Below, piece by piece: positions 23,343 to 32,000 of a DNA stretch of 32,000 nucleotides. This DNA is from Bifidobacterium longum subsp. longum JCM 1217 (GTDB lineage Bacteria; Actinomycetota; Actinomycetes; Actinomycetales; Bifidobacteriaceae), in NCBI RefSeq assembly GCF_000196555.1, contig NC_015067.1, positions 2,250,001-2,282,000 of the forward strand. Reading direction: 5' to 3'. The notes under the pieces were generated by a model that saw only the letters and a program-made list of their open reading frames with translations, was not told where the DNA came from and ran no database searches. The position numbers and the translations under genes were made by a program. Position 1 is the first letter of the stretch; each line of letters begins with the position of its first letter.

Positions 23343-24110
23343 ATGGTTACCAACGCAACAATCGAGGCTCTTCTGGGCCGCCGCTCCATCCGTAAGTTCA
23401 AGGACGAGGCCATCGACGACGATACCCGCGCCACGCTCGAAACCGTCGCCCAACATGCCGCGTCCAGCCAGTTCCTTAACGACTGGTCCGCCATCCGTAT
23501 CACCGACCCGGCCACCAAAGCCAAGCTCGCCGAATTCGGCCATCAGCCGTATATCGCCACCGCGCCGTTGCTGTACGTGTTCGTCATCGACGAGCACCGC
23601 AACGCACGCATCGCCGAACGCAAGGGTATCGATCCCGCTTCCGACGAATTCCATCTCAAGTACAGCTATCGCTTCACCCAAGCTCAGAACGACGCAGTGC
23701 TGGCCCTGCACGCCATGGAGACCGCCGCCTATTCGCTGGGACTGGGCTGCGTGATTCTCGGCTCTCTGCTCAACAACATCCCCGGCCTTATCGACGTGCT
23801 GAATCTGCCGGAATACACGTATCCGGTGCTGGGTCTGGCCATCGGCAAGCCCGATCAGAACCCGACCGTCAAGCCGCGCATGCCGCGCACGATGCAGTTC
23901 TTCGAGAACACCTACCCGGCTGACGCCGATGGCGTACTCGACCAGCTGCCCGCCTTCGACGAGGAAGTTCACCGGTACTACGATCTGCGCCAAGCCGACC
24001 GTCCGGTGGACGCCTTCAGCGATCAGGTCGCCACGATCAGTCGGCAGGATGTCAGCCATCAGACACTGCTCGACAAGGCCGCCGCTCAGGGCTTCCGTCT
24101 GGATCAGTGA
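23343..24110 (+). CDS. NADPH-dependent oxidoreductase, nitroreductase family (NfsA/Frp-like)
   Basis: Within ORF 22977..24110. The ATG at 23343 gives MVTNATIEALLGRRSIRKFKDEAIDDD, a classic nitroreductase N-terminus. Also LGCVILGSLLN and YPVLGLAIGKP. 255 aa, the typical NfsA size. Confidence 0.85.
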   Translation: MVTNATIEALLGRRSIRKFKDEAIDDDTRATLETVAQHAASSQFLNDWSAIRITDPATKAKLAEFGHQPYIATAPLLYVFVIDEHRNARIAERKGIDPASDEFHLKYSYRFTQAQNDAVLALHAMETAAYSLGLGCVILGSLLNNIPGLIDVLNLPEYTYPVLGLAIGKPDQNPTVKPRMPRTMQFFENTYPADADGVLDQLPAFDEEVHRYYDLRQADRPVDAFSDQVATISRQDVSHQTLLDKAAAQGFRLDQ

Positions 24111-24147
24111 GACCAGAACCAACGAGATAGCCTCGGATAGGCTCGTC

Positions 24148-24185
24148 ACTGAGTCGTCTCGGTCTCAGCACTGCGACGACTCAGT
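24148..24185 (+). terminator. Hairpin after the nitroreductase gene
   Basis: 11-bp perfect stem ACTGAGTCGTC / GACGACTCAGT with a 16-nt loop, 38 nt after the stop at 24110. There is no T-tract, so function is uncertain. Confidence 0.4.
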
Positions 24186-24402
24186 TCCAACACCTCAACA
24201 TTTCATCACCGGATACCGGCAAAATTGCACAACCATCCCGCCGGTGTCGCACCATCAACAAACGTTCACATATCAGTCCCATTATGCGGACAACCAACGG
24301 CCAGTTTTGCAAGAAAACCCGCCAAACCAGCAGTATTCGCACCAGTGGTGGGAATAGACTGCATGTGGCCGCAATGACTACGAACCGGAAAAGAGGGACT
24401 GG

Positions 24403-27141
24403 ATGCGGACAGTTTGGCAAGTCTTTCTACGCGATTGCAGACGTATCTTACGCAATCCCGTTGCCGTTGTGGTGACGCTCGGCGTAGCAATGCTGCCCTC
24501 GCTGTACGCATGGTTCAACATTCTCGCCAACTGGGATCCCTATTCAGCCACCGGCAATCTGCAAGTGGCCGTAGCCAATGAAGACCAAGGCACCACCAAC
24601 GATCTGGTCGGCCATCTCGATGCGGGCCGGCAGGTCGTCAAGAAACTCAAGCAGAACGACGAACTCGGCTGGCGCTTCGTAGACAATGAGGAACAGGCCG
24701 TCCACGGCGTGGAGACCGGCGGATACTATGCAGCCATCGTGCTGCCCAAGGATTTCAGCGCCAGCTTGGTCGAATCGGTGACCGGAACCTCCAAACAGCC
24801 GAAAATCAAGTATTACGTCAACGAGAAGAAGAACGCGATCGCGCCGAAAATCACCGACACCGGCGCCACCACCATCGATGAGCAGATCAACTCCGCCTTC
24901 GTCACCACGGTAGCCACCACCGTTGCCTCGGCCGTTTCCGAAGCGGGAGACGATCTCGACCAAGTCACCGGCAAAGTCCAGCACGATACGATCGATGATC
25001 TCAATACGGTGATGTCCACGCTGAACACCGTTCAGGATTCACTCACCGACTTACAGGACACGCTGGCCCAATCAGACACGATTCTCGCCGACGCCAAACA
25101 GACCACCGCCTCACTCAAGCAGACCGTCGCGGCCGCGCAGAATGCCTCCCGCCAGTCCGGCACACTGTTGGCGGAAACACAGGCCGGGTCACAAGCCTTC
25201 TCCACCACACTGGTCGGCGCGCTCGACAGCAGTTCAGCACAACTCTCCGGACTGGCCGTCCACGTCAACAACGCCGCCGGCAGCATCACCGGTTCCTTCA
25301 ACAGCGCGCAGAACTCCGTCGACACCATCACCAACACACTTTCGGCCCCACTGAACGCCACCCAAACGTCAATCAGCGATCTGAAAGACGCGCTGACCAA
25401 AGCCGGCATCGGCAAAGACACCACCGACCCGGTCGGCCAGAACATCTGGAAACAAATCGATGCGCTCGACTCATTGATCAGCAAACAGCAGACACAGCTC
25501 AACACCTTCCATACCGACACCACACAGTTCATCAACTCCGGCAAAGACGCCACCACGAACCTTTCCGGAGCCATGACCAACACCACCACCGGCGGCATCG
25601 CGGCGCTGAATACCGCGCGCGGCTCGCTGACCGGCACCGTGATGCCGTCGCTCACCTCATCATTGAACAGTTTCGCCGCCCTGAACGGCACGCTGGATGG
25701 CACGTTGACTTCGTTGTCCGGCACCTTGGATCAGGCCGACGGGCTGTTCGACCAGCTTGTCGATACCCTGAACCAAACAAAAACCACCATCAGCAGCACG
25801 CAGGATTCGCTGCGCCAGGTGGCCAGCGATGTCGCCACCGTACGCACCGATATCGCCACGCTCGATAGTTCCGCCGCTTACCAGAAAATCCGGGATACGC
25901 TGCATCTGGATGACAAGGGATTCGGCGACTTCATGGGCAATCCCGTCACCCTGACCACGAAAGTCGTGTATGCCACCGACAATTACGGGTCCGCAGTCAC
26001 CCCGTTCTACACGAATCTGGCACTGTGGGTAGGCGGTTTCGTGCTAATCGCCATCTACAAGCTTGAGGTCGACCGCGAGGGCATTCGCCGTATCACCGCT
26101 ACGCAAGCATATCTTGGCCGCTGGCTGCTGCTGGTCACCATCGGATTCCTGCAAGCCGTCATCGCCACCATCGGCGATCTGGTGCTTGGCATCCAATGCG
26201 AGCATCCGCTGCTGTTCATCTTGGCCGGGATCTTCTGTTCGTTCGTATACATCAACATTATTTACGCACTGGCCGTGGCGTTCCGCCATATCGGCAAAGC
26301 CATCGCCGTAATTCTGGTCATTGTGCAGATACCCGGCGCCTCCGGCCTGTATCCGATTGAAATGATGCCGAACTTCTTCCGCGAACTGCACCCGTGGCTG
26401 CCCTTTACCTACGGCATCAACGCGATGCGCGGCCCGATTGCCGGCCTGTACGCGAACCATTACTGGCTCGACATGCTGCACCTGTTCTGGTATCTGCCGG
26501 CGGCACTCTTCGTGGGACTTGTCATACGCCGGTATGCGATGAACCTGAACGCGCTGTTCGACCGTCGTTTGGGAGATACCGACCTGATGATCACCGAGCA
26601 CAACAGCATGGTGAACGAACAGGTGAGCTTGAACTCCGTATTCCGCACGGTGTCCGACAGCAAGGAACTGCGCGATATCATCGCCCATCGCGCGCACCGG
26701 TTCTTCGCACGGTATCCAAAGATGATCGTTGCCGGTCTGGCATTGCTGACCGTACTCCCGTTCGTATTCCTGGTGCTGCTGTTCGTCACCCAAGAGAAAA
26801 TCGCCATGCTGACCTCCTGGATTCTGTCGATTATTCTTATCGACGCCTATCTCATTGTGGTTGAATACGCACGCGAAACCTACGCCATGCAGCTTGGCGT
26901 CAGTGCCATGAGTGCCGACGAGTTCCGCAATGTGATGCTCAACGGATATGTGTGGCGGCGTTTCCACGGCCACGGACGTCACGAAGCGGCGATGGGCAGC
27001 AATCCGGATATCGGCGAAACCACTGAACGACTCACACTGTTCGGCGATCAGGCCGCCGAGCCGACTGCGCACACCGCACAGTCCGGTCAGTCTGGGCAGT
27101 CTGGGCAGTCTGGGCAGTCTGGGCAAGGAGGCGCACGATGA
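24403..27141 (+). CDS. YhgE/Pip-domain giant membrane protein, paralogue 1 (912 aa)
   Basis: AAGAGGGA RBS. The N-terminus RNPVAVVVTLGVAMLPSLYAWFNILANWDPY...LQVAVANEDQG fits the YhgE/Pip N-domain pattern. A ~400-aa T/S/A/Q/N/L-rich helical-looking ectodomain follows. C-terminal ABC-2-like multi-pass domain: NYGSAVTPFYTNLALWVGGF, IGKAIAVILVIVQIPGASGLYPIE. There are two extra TM helices and an SGQ-repeat tail. Confidence 0.85.
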   Translation: MRTVWQVFLRDCRRILRNPVAVVVTLGVAMLPSLYAWFNILANWDPYSATGNLQVAVANEDQGTTNDLVGHLDAGRQVVKKLKQNDELGWRFVDNEEQAVHGVETGGYYAAIVLPKDFSASLVESVTGTSKQPKIKYYVNEKKNAIAPKITDTGATTIDEQINSAFVTTVATTVASAVSEAGDDLDQVTGKVQHDTIDDLNTVMSTLNTVQDSLTDLQDTLAQSDTILADAKQTTASLKQTVAAAQNASRQSGTLLAETQAGSQAFSTTLVGALDSSSAQLSGLAVHVNNAAGSITGSFNSAQNSVDTITNTLSAPLNATQTSISDLKDALTKAGIGKDTTDPVGQNIWKQIDALDSLISKQQTQLNTFHTDTTQFINSGKDATTNLSGAMTNTTTGGIAALNTARGSLTGTVMPSLTSSLNSFAALNGTLDGTLTSLSGTLDQADGLFDQLVDTLNQTKTTISSTQDSLRQVASDVATVRTDIATLDSSAAYQKIRDTLHLDDKGFGDFMGNPVTLTTKVVYATDNYGSAVTPFYTNLALWVGGFVLIAIYKLEVDREGIRRITATQAYLGRWLLLVTIGFLQAVIATIGDLVLGIQCEHPLLFILAGIFCSFVYINIIYALAVAFRHIGKAIAVILVIVQIPGASGLYPIEMMPNFFRELHPWLPFTYGINAMRGPIAGLYANHYWLDMLHLFWYLPAALFVGLVIRRYAMNLNALFDRRLGDTDLMITEHNSMVNEQVSLNSVFRTVSDSKELRDIIAHRAHRFFARYPKMIVAGLALLTVLPFVFLVLLFVTQEKIAMLTSWILSIILIDAYLIVVEYARETYAMQLGVSAMSADEFRNVMLNGYVWRRFHGHGRHEAAMGSNPDIGETTERLTLFGDQAAEPTAHTAQSGQSGQSGQSGQSGQGGAR
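27079..27123 (+). repeat. 9-bp tandem repeat (CAGTCTGGG x4 plus one imperfect unit) encoding (QSG)5
   Basis: Units at 27079 (CAGTCCGGT), 27088, 27097, 27106 and 27115 (all CAGTCTGGG). A degenerate CAAGGAGGC follows and doubles as the SD of the next gene. Confidence 0.9.
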
Positions 27142-29477
27142 AGCTTATCTGGAAAATATTCGTACGTGACGTGCGCCAAGCCACCCGCAATGTGATCGCC
27201 GTAATCGTGGCTATGGGATTGGTGATTGTGCCGGCACTGTACGCCTGGTACAACATCGCCGCCAGCTGGGACCCGTACGGCAACACCAAGGCCTTGAAGG
27301 TCGCCGTGGCAAACGTGGATAAGGGCTATAAGTCCGGTCTGATGCCGATCACCATCAACGTCGGCGAAACCGTGACCAGTACGCTCAGGGCCAATCATGA
27401 CCTTGACTGGCAGTTTGTGGATCGTGCTAAGGCCATCGATGGCGTGAACTCAGGCGAATACTATGCCGCGCTGATTATTCCAAAGAGCTTCAGCTCCGAT
27501 ATGATGACGCTGTTTTCACCGAAGATCAAGCACGCCAAGCTCGAATACTATCTCAATGAGAAAATCAATCCGATCGCTCCGCATATCACCGACCAGGGTG
27601 CTACCACCGTGGCCACGACCATCGACCAGACATTTGTGAAGACCTTGGCGAGCGTGGCGCTGGATTTGGTTTCCAACGTGGCCGATTACGCGCAAAGCCC
27701 GCAAATGGAGCAGTACGTCAACAACGCCTCCAGTCATATTGCCACCATGTCGTCTCGTTTGACCGGCACTGCGTCGCAGATGGATTCCTATGCCAATCTG
27801 CTCGGGGCCGCCAACAGCATCATTGATTCCACCGATAAGCTGCTGGGATCAACAGGCTCAGCTGCGGCCACAACCAAAAAGGCGTTGAAACAGACCCGCA
27901 ACGGCGTCTCCAGCCTCGACAAGGCATTGTCCGGAGCCACCGATGGCGTCGGTACGGCATTGCAGCAGGCCGGTTCATCCTACGACACCATTGCCAAGCA
28001 AATCGATGCCGCTTTTGCCGATGTGGGCTCACAATCCTCACAGATATCAAACAAGCTAACCGATATGCAATCCAAAGTGGAGGCTCAGGCCGACAGCTTT
28101 GGAAAGTATGCCGCCGCTTTACGAGATCTCGCCAAACAAGCGGCTTCACTGCCCGTGGGCGGAGATACCGTTGCCGCTCAACTGAACGCGGCTGCAGACC
28201 AAGCCACAAAGGCGCAGCAGAGCATGCAGCAAGCCGCCACCGCGTTGGGCGATGCGGCCACGCACATAGCAAACGGTACTGCCGATGCCGATACAGCGCG
28301 TCGAGATCTGAAATCACAAATCGCTGCCGCCAAACAATCGATTACTCAGGCTTCAGACACGTACAAGAGCACGCTGAAACCGCAACTGAACAATCTGACC
28401 TCGTCCATGGACGAAGTGACCACGCAGGCAAGTTCCGTAATCGACGGGCTTGCATCGACCGTAAGCAGCGTGTCAGGTCTTTCTGGCGGCGTTTCAGACA
28501 GCCTGACGGACATCCAGTCGGCCTTGACTGACGCAGCTAGCGCTTTGACCCGTTCGGCGAAGAAACTCGACAACTTGTCTTCCCAACTCGCCTCTATCAC
28601 CAATGGCGGCACCATCGACCTGTCTGCGATTTCCTCTGCGAAGCCCGATGCCATTGCTTCCATGCTGGCGGCACCCGTAGCGGTCGACCGCATCGCGCTC
28701 TATCCCGTTGCCAACTATGGTTCCGCGATGGCTCCGTTCTACACGATTTTGTCTATTTGGGTCGGTGCGATCATTCTGGTCGCCATGTTGAAAGTATCGA
28801 TTTCCGACCATGAGAAGGCTCGTATCTTAGGGTTGGGCAATGATCTGCCGCTCGGTTCGGAAGTGGGTCTTCGCGAGGCCATGATTGCCGGGCGGATTGC
28901 CGGACCGGCCGCCGCGTTGGATGTGCTGAAGAAGCCGCGTGCCGAGGCTCCCGGCAATGCGCGGCAGTTCGGTTTACGCTTGCACCACGAATATTTCGGC
29001 CGATACATGATTTTCGGTTTCCTTGCTTTGCTGCAAGGTACGCTGGTGTGCCTGGGCGATATGTTCTATCTCGGCGTGCAGTGTGAGCATCCGATTCAGT
29101 TCTTGATGGTCGGGTGGTTGTCTGCACTGGTGTTCTCGAATATTGTGTATACGCTGACCCTGTCGTTCGGTGATATCGGCAAAGCCATTGCCGTAGTACT
29201 GCTGGTTATGCAGGTAGCCGGTTCCGGCGGCACATTCCCCATTGAAACACTGCCGACGTTCTTCCAGGTCGTTTCTAAATGGCTACTGTTCCCCTATGCG
29301 GTGGATGCGATGCATTCGGCCATGGCAGGCTCATTCGGCATGGAATACTGGGTTTCCATGGGCAAACTGGCACTGTTCCTTGTCCCCTCATTGCTGTTGG
29401 GACTTATGTTGCGCAAGCCGGTAATTCGCTTCAACGATTGGGTTATCCGCAACCTTGAAAACACCAAGGTGATGTAA
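27138..29477 (+). CDS. YhgE/Pip-domain giant membrane protein, paralogue 2 (779 aa)
   Basis: The ATG overlaps the upstream stop (ATGA) and is preceded by AAGGAGG. The N-terminus RNVIAVIVAMGLVIVPALYAWYNIAASWDPY...LKVAVANVDKG is parallel to paralogue 1. A long A/S/T/Q-rich ectodomain follows. C-terminal domain: NYGSAMAPFYTILSIWVGAI, IGKAIAVVLLVMQVAGSGGTFPIE. Confidence 0.85.
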   Translation: MKLIWKIFVRDVRQATRNVIAVIVAMGLVIVPALYAWYNIAASWDPYGNTKALKVAVANVDKGYKSGLMPITINVGETVTSTLRANHDLDWQFVDRAKAIDGVNSGEYYAALIIPKSFSSDMMTLFSPKIKHAKLEYYLNEKINPIAPHITDQGATTVATTIDQTFVKTLASVALDLVSNVADYAQSPQMEQYVNNASSHIATMSSRLTGTASQMDSYANLLGAANSIIDSTDKLLGSTGSAAATTKKALKQTRNGVSSLDKALSGATDGVGTALQQAGSSYDTIAKQIDAAFADVGSQSSQISNKLTDMQSKVEAQADSFGKYAAALRDLAKQAASLPVGGDTVAAQLNAAADQATKAQQSMQQAATALGDAATHIANGTADADTARRDLKSQIAAAKQSITQASDTYKSTLKPQLNNLTSSMDEVTTQASSVIDGLASTVSSVSGLSGGVSDSLTDIQSALTDAASALTRSAKKLDNLSSQLASITNGGTIDLSAISSAKPDAIASMLAAPVAVDRIALYPVANYGSAMAPFYTILSIWVGAIILVAMLKVSISDHEKARILGLGNDLPLGSEVGLREAMIAGRIAGPAAALDVLKKPRAEAPGNARQFGLRLHHEYFGRYMIFGFLALLQGTLVCLGDMFYLGVQCEHPIQFLMVGWLSALVFSNIVYTLTLSFGDIGKAIAVVLLVMQVAGSGGTFPIETLPTFFQVVSKWLLFPYAVDAMHSAMAGSFGMEYWVSMGKLALFLVPSLLLGLMLRKPVIRFNDWVIRNLENTKVM

Positions 29478-29592
29478 GTGTTGGACGAAGTGTGTCCGAG
29501 CGCCCTGAACGCTTAGCAGCCTACGACCTGACGTGTTTGGACCGTAACCTGTCTCAGACACGGCGTTGGCGAGGTCTGTGGAGCTTCTGACG

Positions 29593-29844
29593 CTAACGTC
29601 TACGTGGCTTGTAGCCCTTTTTACGACTGTGTGGCTTGAGTTGCTGGTTCAGCGGTACATGCCGGTAACTGGATTGCGGATCGCGATGCGTGAGATGCCA
29701 GCATCCGCAAAATTCGCAACGGTACACCCATAGCTCAACTCCGCGCTCGATTAGGCTTTGATCAGCGGCACGCTGAACCTGCGCCTTATCGTGATACATG
29801 ATTTTATTCGACGTAGCGCAACGTTTAGGGGTGAAGTAATGCAT
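29593..29844 (-). CDS. Small basic zinc-ribbon-like hypothetical protein (83 aa)
   Basis: ORF with an ATG start but no obvious SD. Contains KRC...(40 aa)...YRCEFCGCWHLTH, a pattern I recall from small conserved actinobacterial and actinophage proteins. The basic C-tail is KKGYKPRRR. Confidence 0.45.
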   Translation of the reverse strand: MHYFTPKRCATSNKIMYHDKAQVQRAADQSLIERGVELWVYRCEFCGCWHLTHRDPQSSYRHVPLNQQLKPHSRKKGYKPRRR

Positions 29845-29961
29845 AGCAGAAGCCAGTGTAGAGCGACCCCATAACCAAGCCAGTTGGCAGATTCTAGTGG
29901 TGGTTGCAACACCTGAGGTTTGAGCGGCCTTCCATGGTCACGTTGTCGGTTGTTGAGGTTA

Positions 29962-30366
29962 TCACGCGGCGTCGAGCAGTTCGATGATCTTCTCGCTTGG
30001 TTTCATGAACCCGAGGGTTTTGCGTGGCCGGTCGTTGAGTTCCTCGGCGACCGCGTCGAGGTAGTCCTCCGGGTAGACGGATAGGTCGGTGCCTTTGGGG
30101 AAGTACTGGCGCAGGAGCCCGTTGGTGTTCTCGTTGGTGCCGCGCTGCCACGGGGAGTGCGGGTCGCAGAAGTAGACGGCCATGTCCAGCGAGGCGCCGA
30201 TCCGTTTGTGCAGGGCGAGTTCCGCTCCCTGGTCCCAGGTCAGGCTGTTGCGCAGGAGTTTGGGCAGGTGCTGCATCTTGTCGATGATGTGTTTTGCTTC
30301 AATGTTTGTTCGACAGGTTCGGCAGTGTTTTTCCGTAGTGTGGGCTGATGGTTTTCCCCGGTGTCG
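29962..30366 (-). pseudogene. IS30-family transposase, C-terminal fragment (N-terminal part missing)
   Basis: The translation carries the IS30 DDE C-terminal signature: SLTWDQGAELALH...VYFCDPHSPWQRGTNENTNGLLRQYFPKGTDLS...LNDRPRKTLGF. The frame is open only up to a stop at 30367-30369. No HTH or N-terminal catalytic part is present, and the IS21 end lies immediately upstream. Confidence 0.75.
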
Positions 30367-30482
30367 TCATCGTTTCCCGGTGATGTGATAGGCATCGGTG
30401 CCGCCGCCTGTATATTCCCGAGTTGCCAATCGGTTTTGATTCGGCCGGTTGCCGCCGGCCGGCGCTCGGGAAGGAAAGGAAC

Positions 30483-31985
30483 ATGGCGATACCGATGCCC
30501 ATTGTGCAAGATATCAGGAGACTCGACCGGCAGGGAATGTCGCGCGCGCAGATAGCGCGGCGTCTTCACGTGGATCGCGGGACGGTCGCGAAGTACGCGG
30601 ATATGGAGGATTGCTCGCCCAAGCCGAAGGCGGATCGCAGGTACGGGTCGAAGATCGACCCGTACGCGCATCTGGTGGACGAGTGGCTGGAGGCCGATCG
30701 TCTGCTGCCCAGGAAGCAGCGGCACACGATCAGGCGCGTGCACGACCGTCTGCTGGCGGAGACGGATTACGACGGCGAGTATTCGACCACGATGCGTTAC
30801 GTGCACCGGTGGCGCGAGGCGAACCGCGGCGTGCCGGATCGCGAGGGGTACGTGCGGCTCGAGTGGGCGGCGGGCAGCATGCAGGTCGATTTCGGCGTGG
30901 CCCGGGCCCGGATCGCTGGCGAGATGGCGGACGTGCATTGCCTGGTGGTCTCGTTGCCGTATTCGAACATGCGGTTGTGCGTGGCGTTGCCGGGCGAGAA
31001 CGCGGAGTGTCTGTGCCATGGCCTGATGCTCGTGTTCGAGCATATCGGGGGTGTTCCTCCCGTGATCGTGATGGACAACGCGACCGGTGCCGGCCGGCGC
31101 AACGCGAAGGGCGAGGTCGCGTTGACCGGGGTGTTCTCCGCGTTCGTGGCGCATTACCGGCTCGAGGTCCGGTTCTGCAACCCGTATTCGGGCAACGAGA
31201 AGGGCAGCGTGGAGAACGCGGTCGGGTTTTTGCGGCGCAATCTCATGGTGCCGCCCATGCGCGCGGAATCGTATGGGCAGTTGAGCCGTCTCCTGCTGGA
31301 GCGGTGCGACGGGCTCGCCAGGGACTCGTATTGCCCGAGGTTGCTGGACGTGCCCGTGGCCGAGGTGTTCGACGAGGAGAGGGCCGCGTTGATGCCGTTG
31401 CCGTCCACGGCGTTCGACCCGGTTCGCTGGGAAAGCCGGACGGCCGACAAGTACGGGCTGGTCGACATCGACTCGAACCGGTACCTCGCCGGCCCCGATT
31501 CGGCGCGTTCCAGGGTATTGGCCGCGATCCGGTGGGACACGGTCACGCTCACCTCGCCCGCCACCGGCGAGCTCTTCGCGGAGTATCCCAGACAGTACGG
31601 ACGGTCGCGCAATGTGGAGGATCCCGCGCTCGTGCTTCCCCGGCTCGCGGTCAAACCCCGCGCGTGGCGGGAAAGCTCGATCCGCCCGGACGTGCCCGAC
31701 GATATACGCGCGTGGCTTGATTCCATGGACGAAAAGACGTTGAGGGAGAGCCTCAAAGCGATCGGGGACGCGTGCCGGGCGGCCGGGTTCGATCCCGCGA
31801 TGCAGGCGTGCGGCGAGATCCTGCGCTCGAACAGGGACATGGGCCTGCACGCGGACTCGCTCACCCCTATCGCGTTGCGCATGCGCGACGGCGAGTGGGA
31901 ATACCCCGGCGGGATCGAGGAGCCCGACCTGAGCGGCTACGACCGGTTCATCACCGGCACGGACGACGGAGGGGAAGAACGGTGA
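30483..31985 (+). CDS. istA: IS21-family transposase IstA
   Basis: ORF 30423..31985. The ATG at 30483 follows GGGAAGGAAAGGA. N-terminal HTH: IRRLDRQGMSRAQIARRLHVDRGTVAKY. DDE region: LEWAAGSMQVDFG...VIVMDNATGAGRR...NPYSGNEKGSVENAVG. 500 aa. Confidence 0.9.
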   Translation: MAIPMPIVQDIRRLDRQGMSRAQIARRLHVDRGTVAKYADMEDCSPKPKADRRYGSKIDPYAHLVDEWLEADRLLPRKQRHTIRRVHDRLLAETDYDGEYSTTMRYVHRWREANRGVPDREGYVRLEWAAGSMQVDFGVARARIAGEMADVHCLVVSLPYSNMRLCVALPGENAECLCHGLMLVFEHIGGVPPVIVMDNATGAGRRNAKGEVALTGVFSAFVAHYRLEVRFCNPYSGNEKGSVENAVGFLRRNLMVPPMRAESYGQLSRLLLERCDGLARDSYCPRLLDVPVAEVFDEERAALMPLPSTAFDPVRWESRTADKYGLVDIDSNRYLAGPDSARSRVLAAIRWDTVTLTSPATGELFAEYPRQYGRSRNVEDPALVLPRLAVKPRAWRESSIRPDVPDDIRAWLDSMDEKTLRESLKAIGDACRAAGFDPAMQACGEILRSNRDMGLHADSLTPIALRMRDGEWEYPGGIEEPDLSGYDRFITGTDDGGEER

Positions 31986-32000
31986 GCGTCAGACCCGATC
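31982..32000 (+). CDS. istB: Probable IS21 helper ATPase IstB, first 6 codons only
   Basis: The GTG at 31982 overlaps the istA stop (GTGA) and lies 8 nt after GGAGGGG. This position is the canonical istA-istB arrangement. Too little sequence is present to verify the protein. Confidence 0.4.

Larger units (their letters stand above)
30409..32000 (+). mobile_element. IS21-family insertion sequence, left end to window edge (partial)
   Basis: Carries istA plus an overlapping istB start. The candidate left terminus TGTATATTCCCGAGTTGCC at 30409 is followed by a repeated GTTGCC motif (30422, 30448), as expected for the multi-repeat IS21 ends. The boundary is uncertain by about 25 bp (alternative: TGTGATAGG at 30385). 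Confidence 0.7.

Noticed and set aside
22432-27126. Minus-strand ORFs 22432-23205, 23202-24149, 24544-24984, 25032-25724 and 26044-27126
   Set aside because: They are antisense to the DUF4235, nitroreductase and YhgE genes, with low-complexity translations and no start-site signals.
24403-29477. Calling the YhgE pair a type VII secretion (EsaA) module
   Set aside because: No EssC/FtsK-type ATPase, EssB, EsaB or WXG100 genes are present in the window. Only the family resemblance is supported.
30240-31850. 536-aa minus-strand ORF covering most of istA
   Set aside because: It is antisense to a transposase with clear IS21 motifs. The translation is an R/P/G/H-rich low-complexity string typical of the antisense frame of high-GC genes, and no RBS or domain is recognisable.

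Overview
High-GC (~60%) actinobacterial DNA. Gene content and protein architectures point to Bifidobacterium, most like B. longum; the taxon is inference, since nothing was searched. Left half (1-15746, minus strand): four consecutive giant secreted GH43 enzymes, the first running off the window. Each has a LamG-like module, Ig-like repeats, one or two GH43 propellers, a FIVAR domain and an LSxTG wall anchor. They are separated by long spacers rich in hairpins and repeats. Middle (16084-21573): a CUT1-type sugar ABC importer with no ATPase gene (DUF624/YesL membrane protein, two permeases, lipoprotein binding protein). It is split by a LacI-family regulator, and CG-centred palindromic operator candidates sit in the promoter regions. 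Right half: a histidine phosphatase, a DUF4235 protein and an NfsA-like nitroreductase. These are followed by two translationally coupled YhgE/Pip-family giant membrane proteins of unknown function, the best candidate here for an uncharacterised system. After them come a small zinc-ribbon ORF and an IS30 transposase remnant truncated by an IS21-family element (istA complete, istB start at the window edge). No rRNA, tRNA or CRISPR was seen. Most long ORFs antisense to these genes in the track are high-GC artefacts. Non-coding highlights: a 145-bp MITE-like element whose inverted termini resemble the IS21 left end; twin hairpins with identical stems; a 119-nt near-perfect palindrome between convergent genes; an 18-bp duplication of a permease 3' end; phased TGTTATC direct repeats in two intergenic regions upstream of GH43 genes; and an in-frame 9-bp tandem repeat, (SGQ)n, abutting the RBS of the second YhgE gene.
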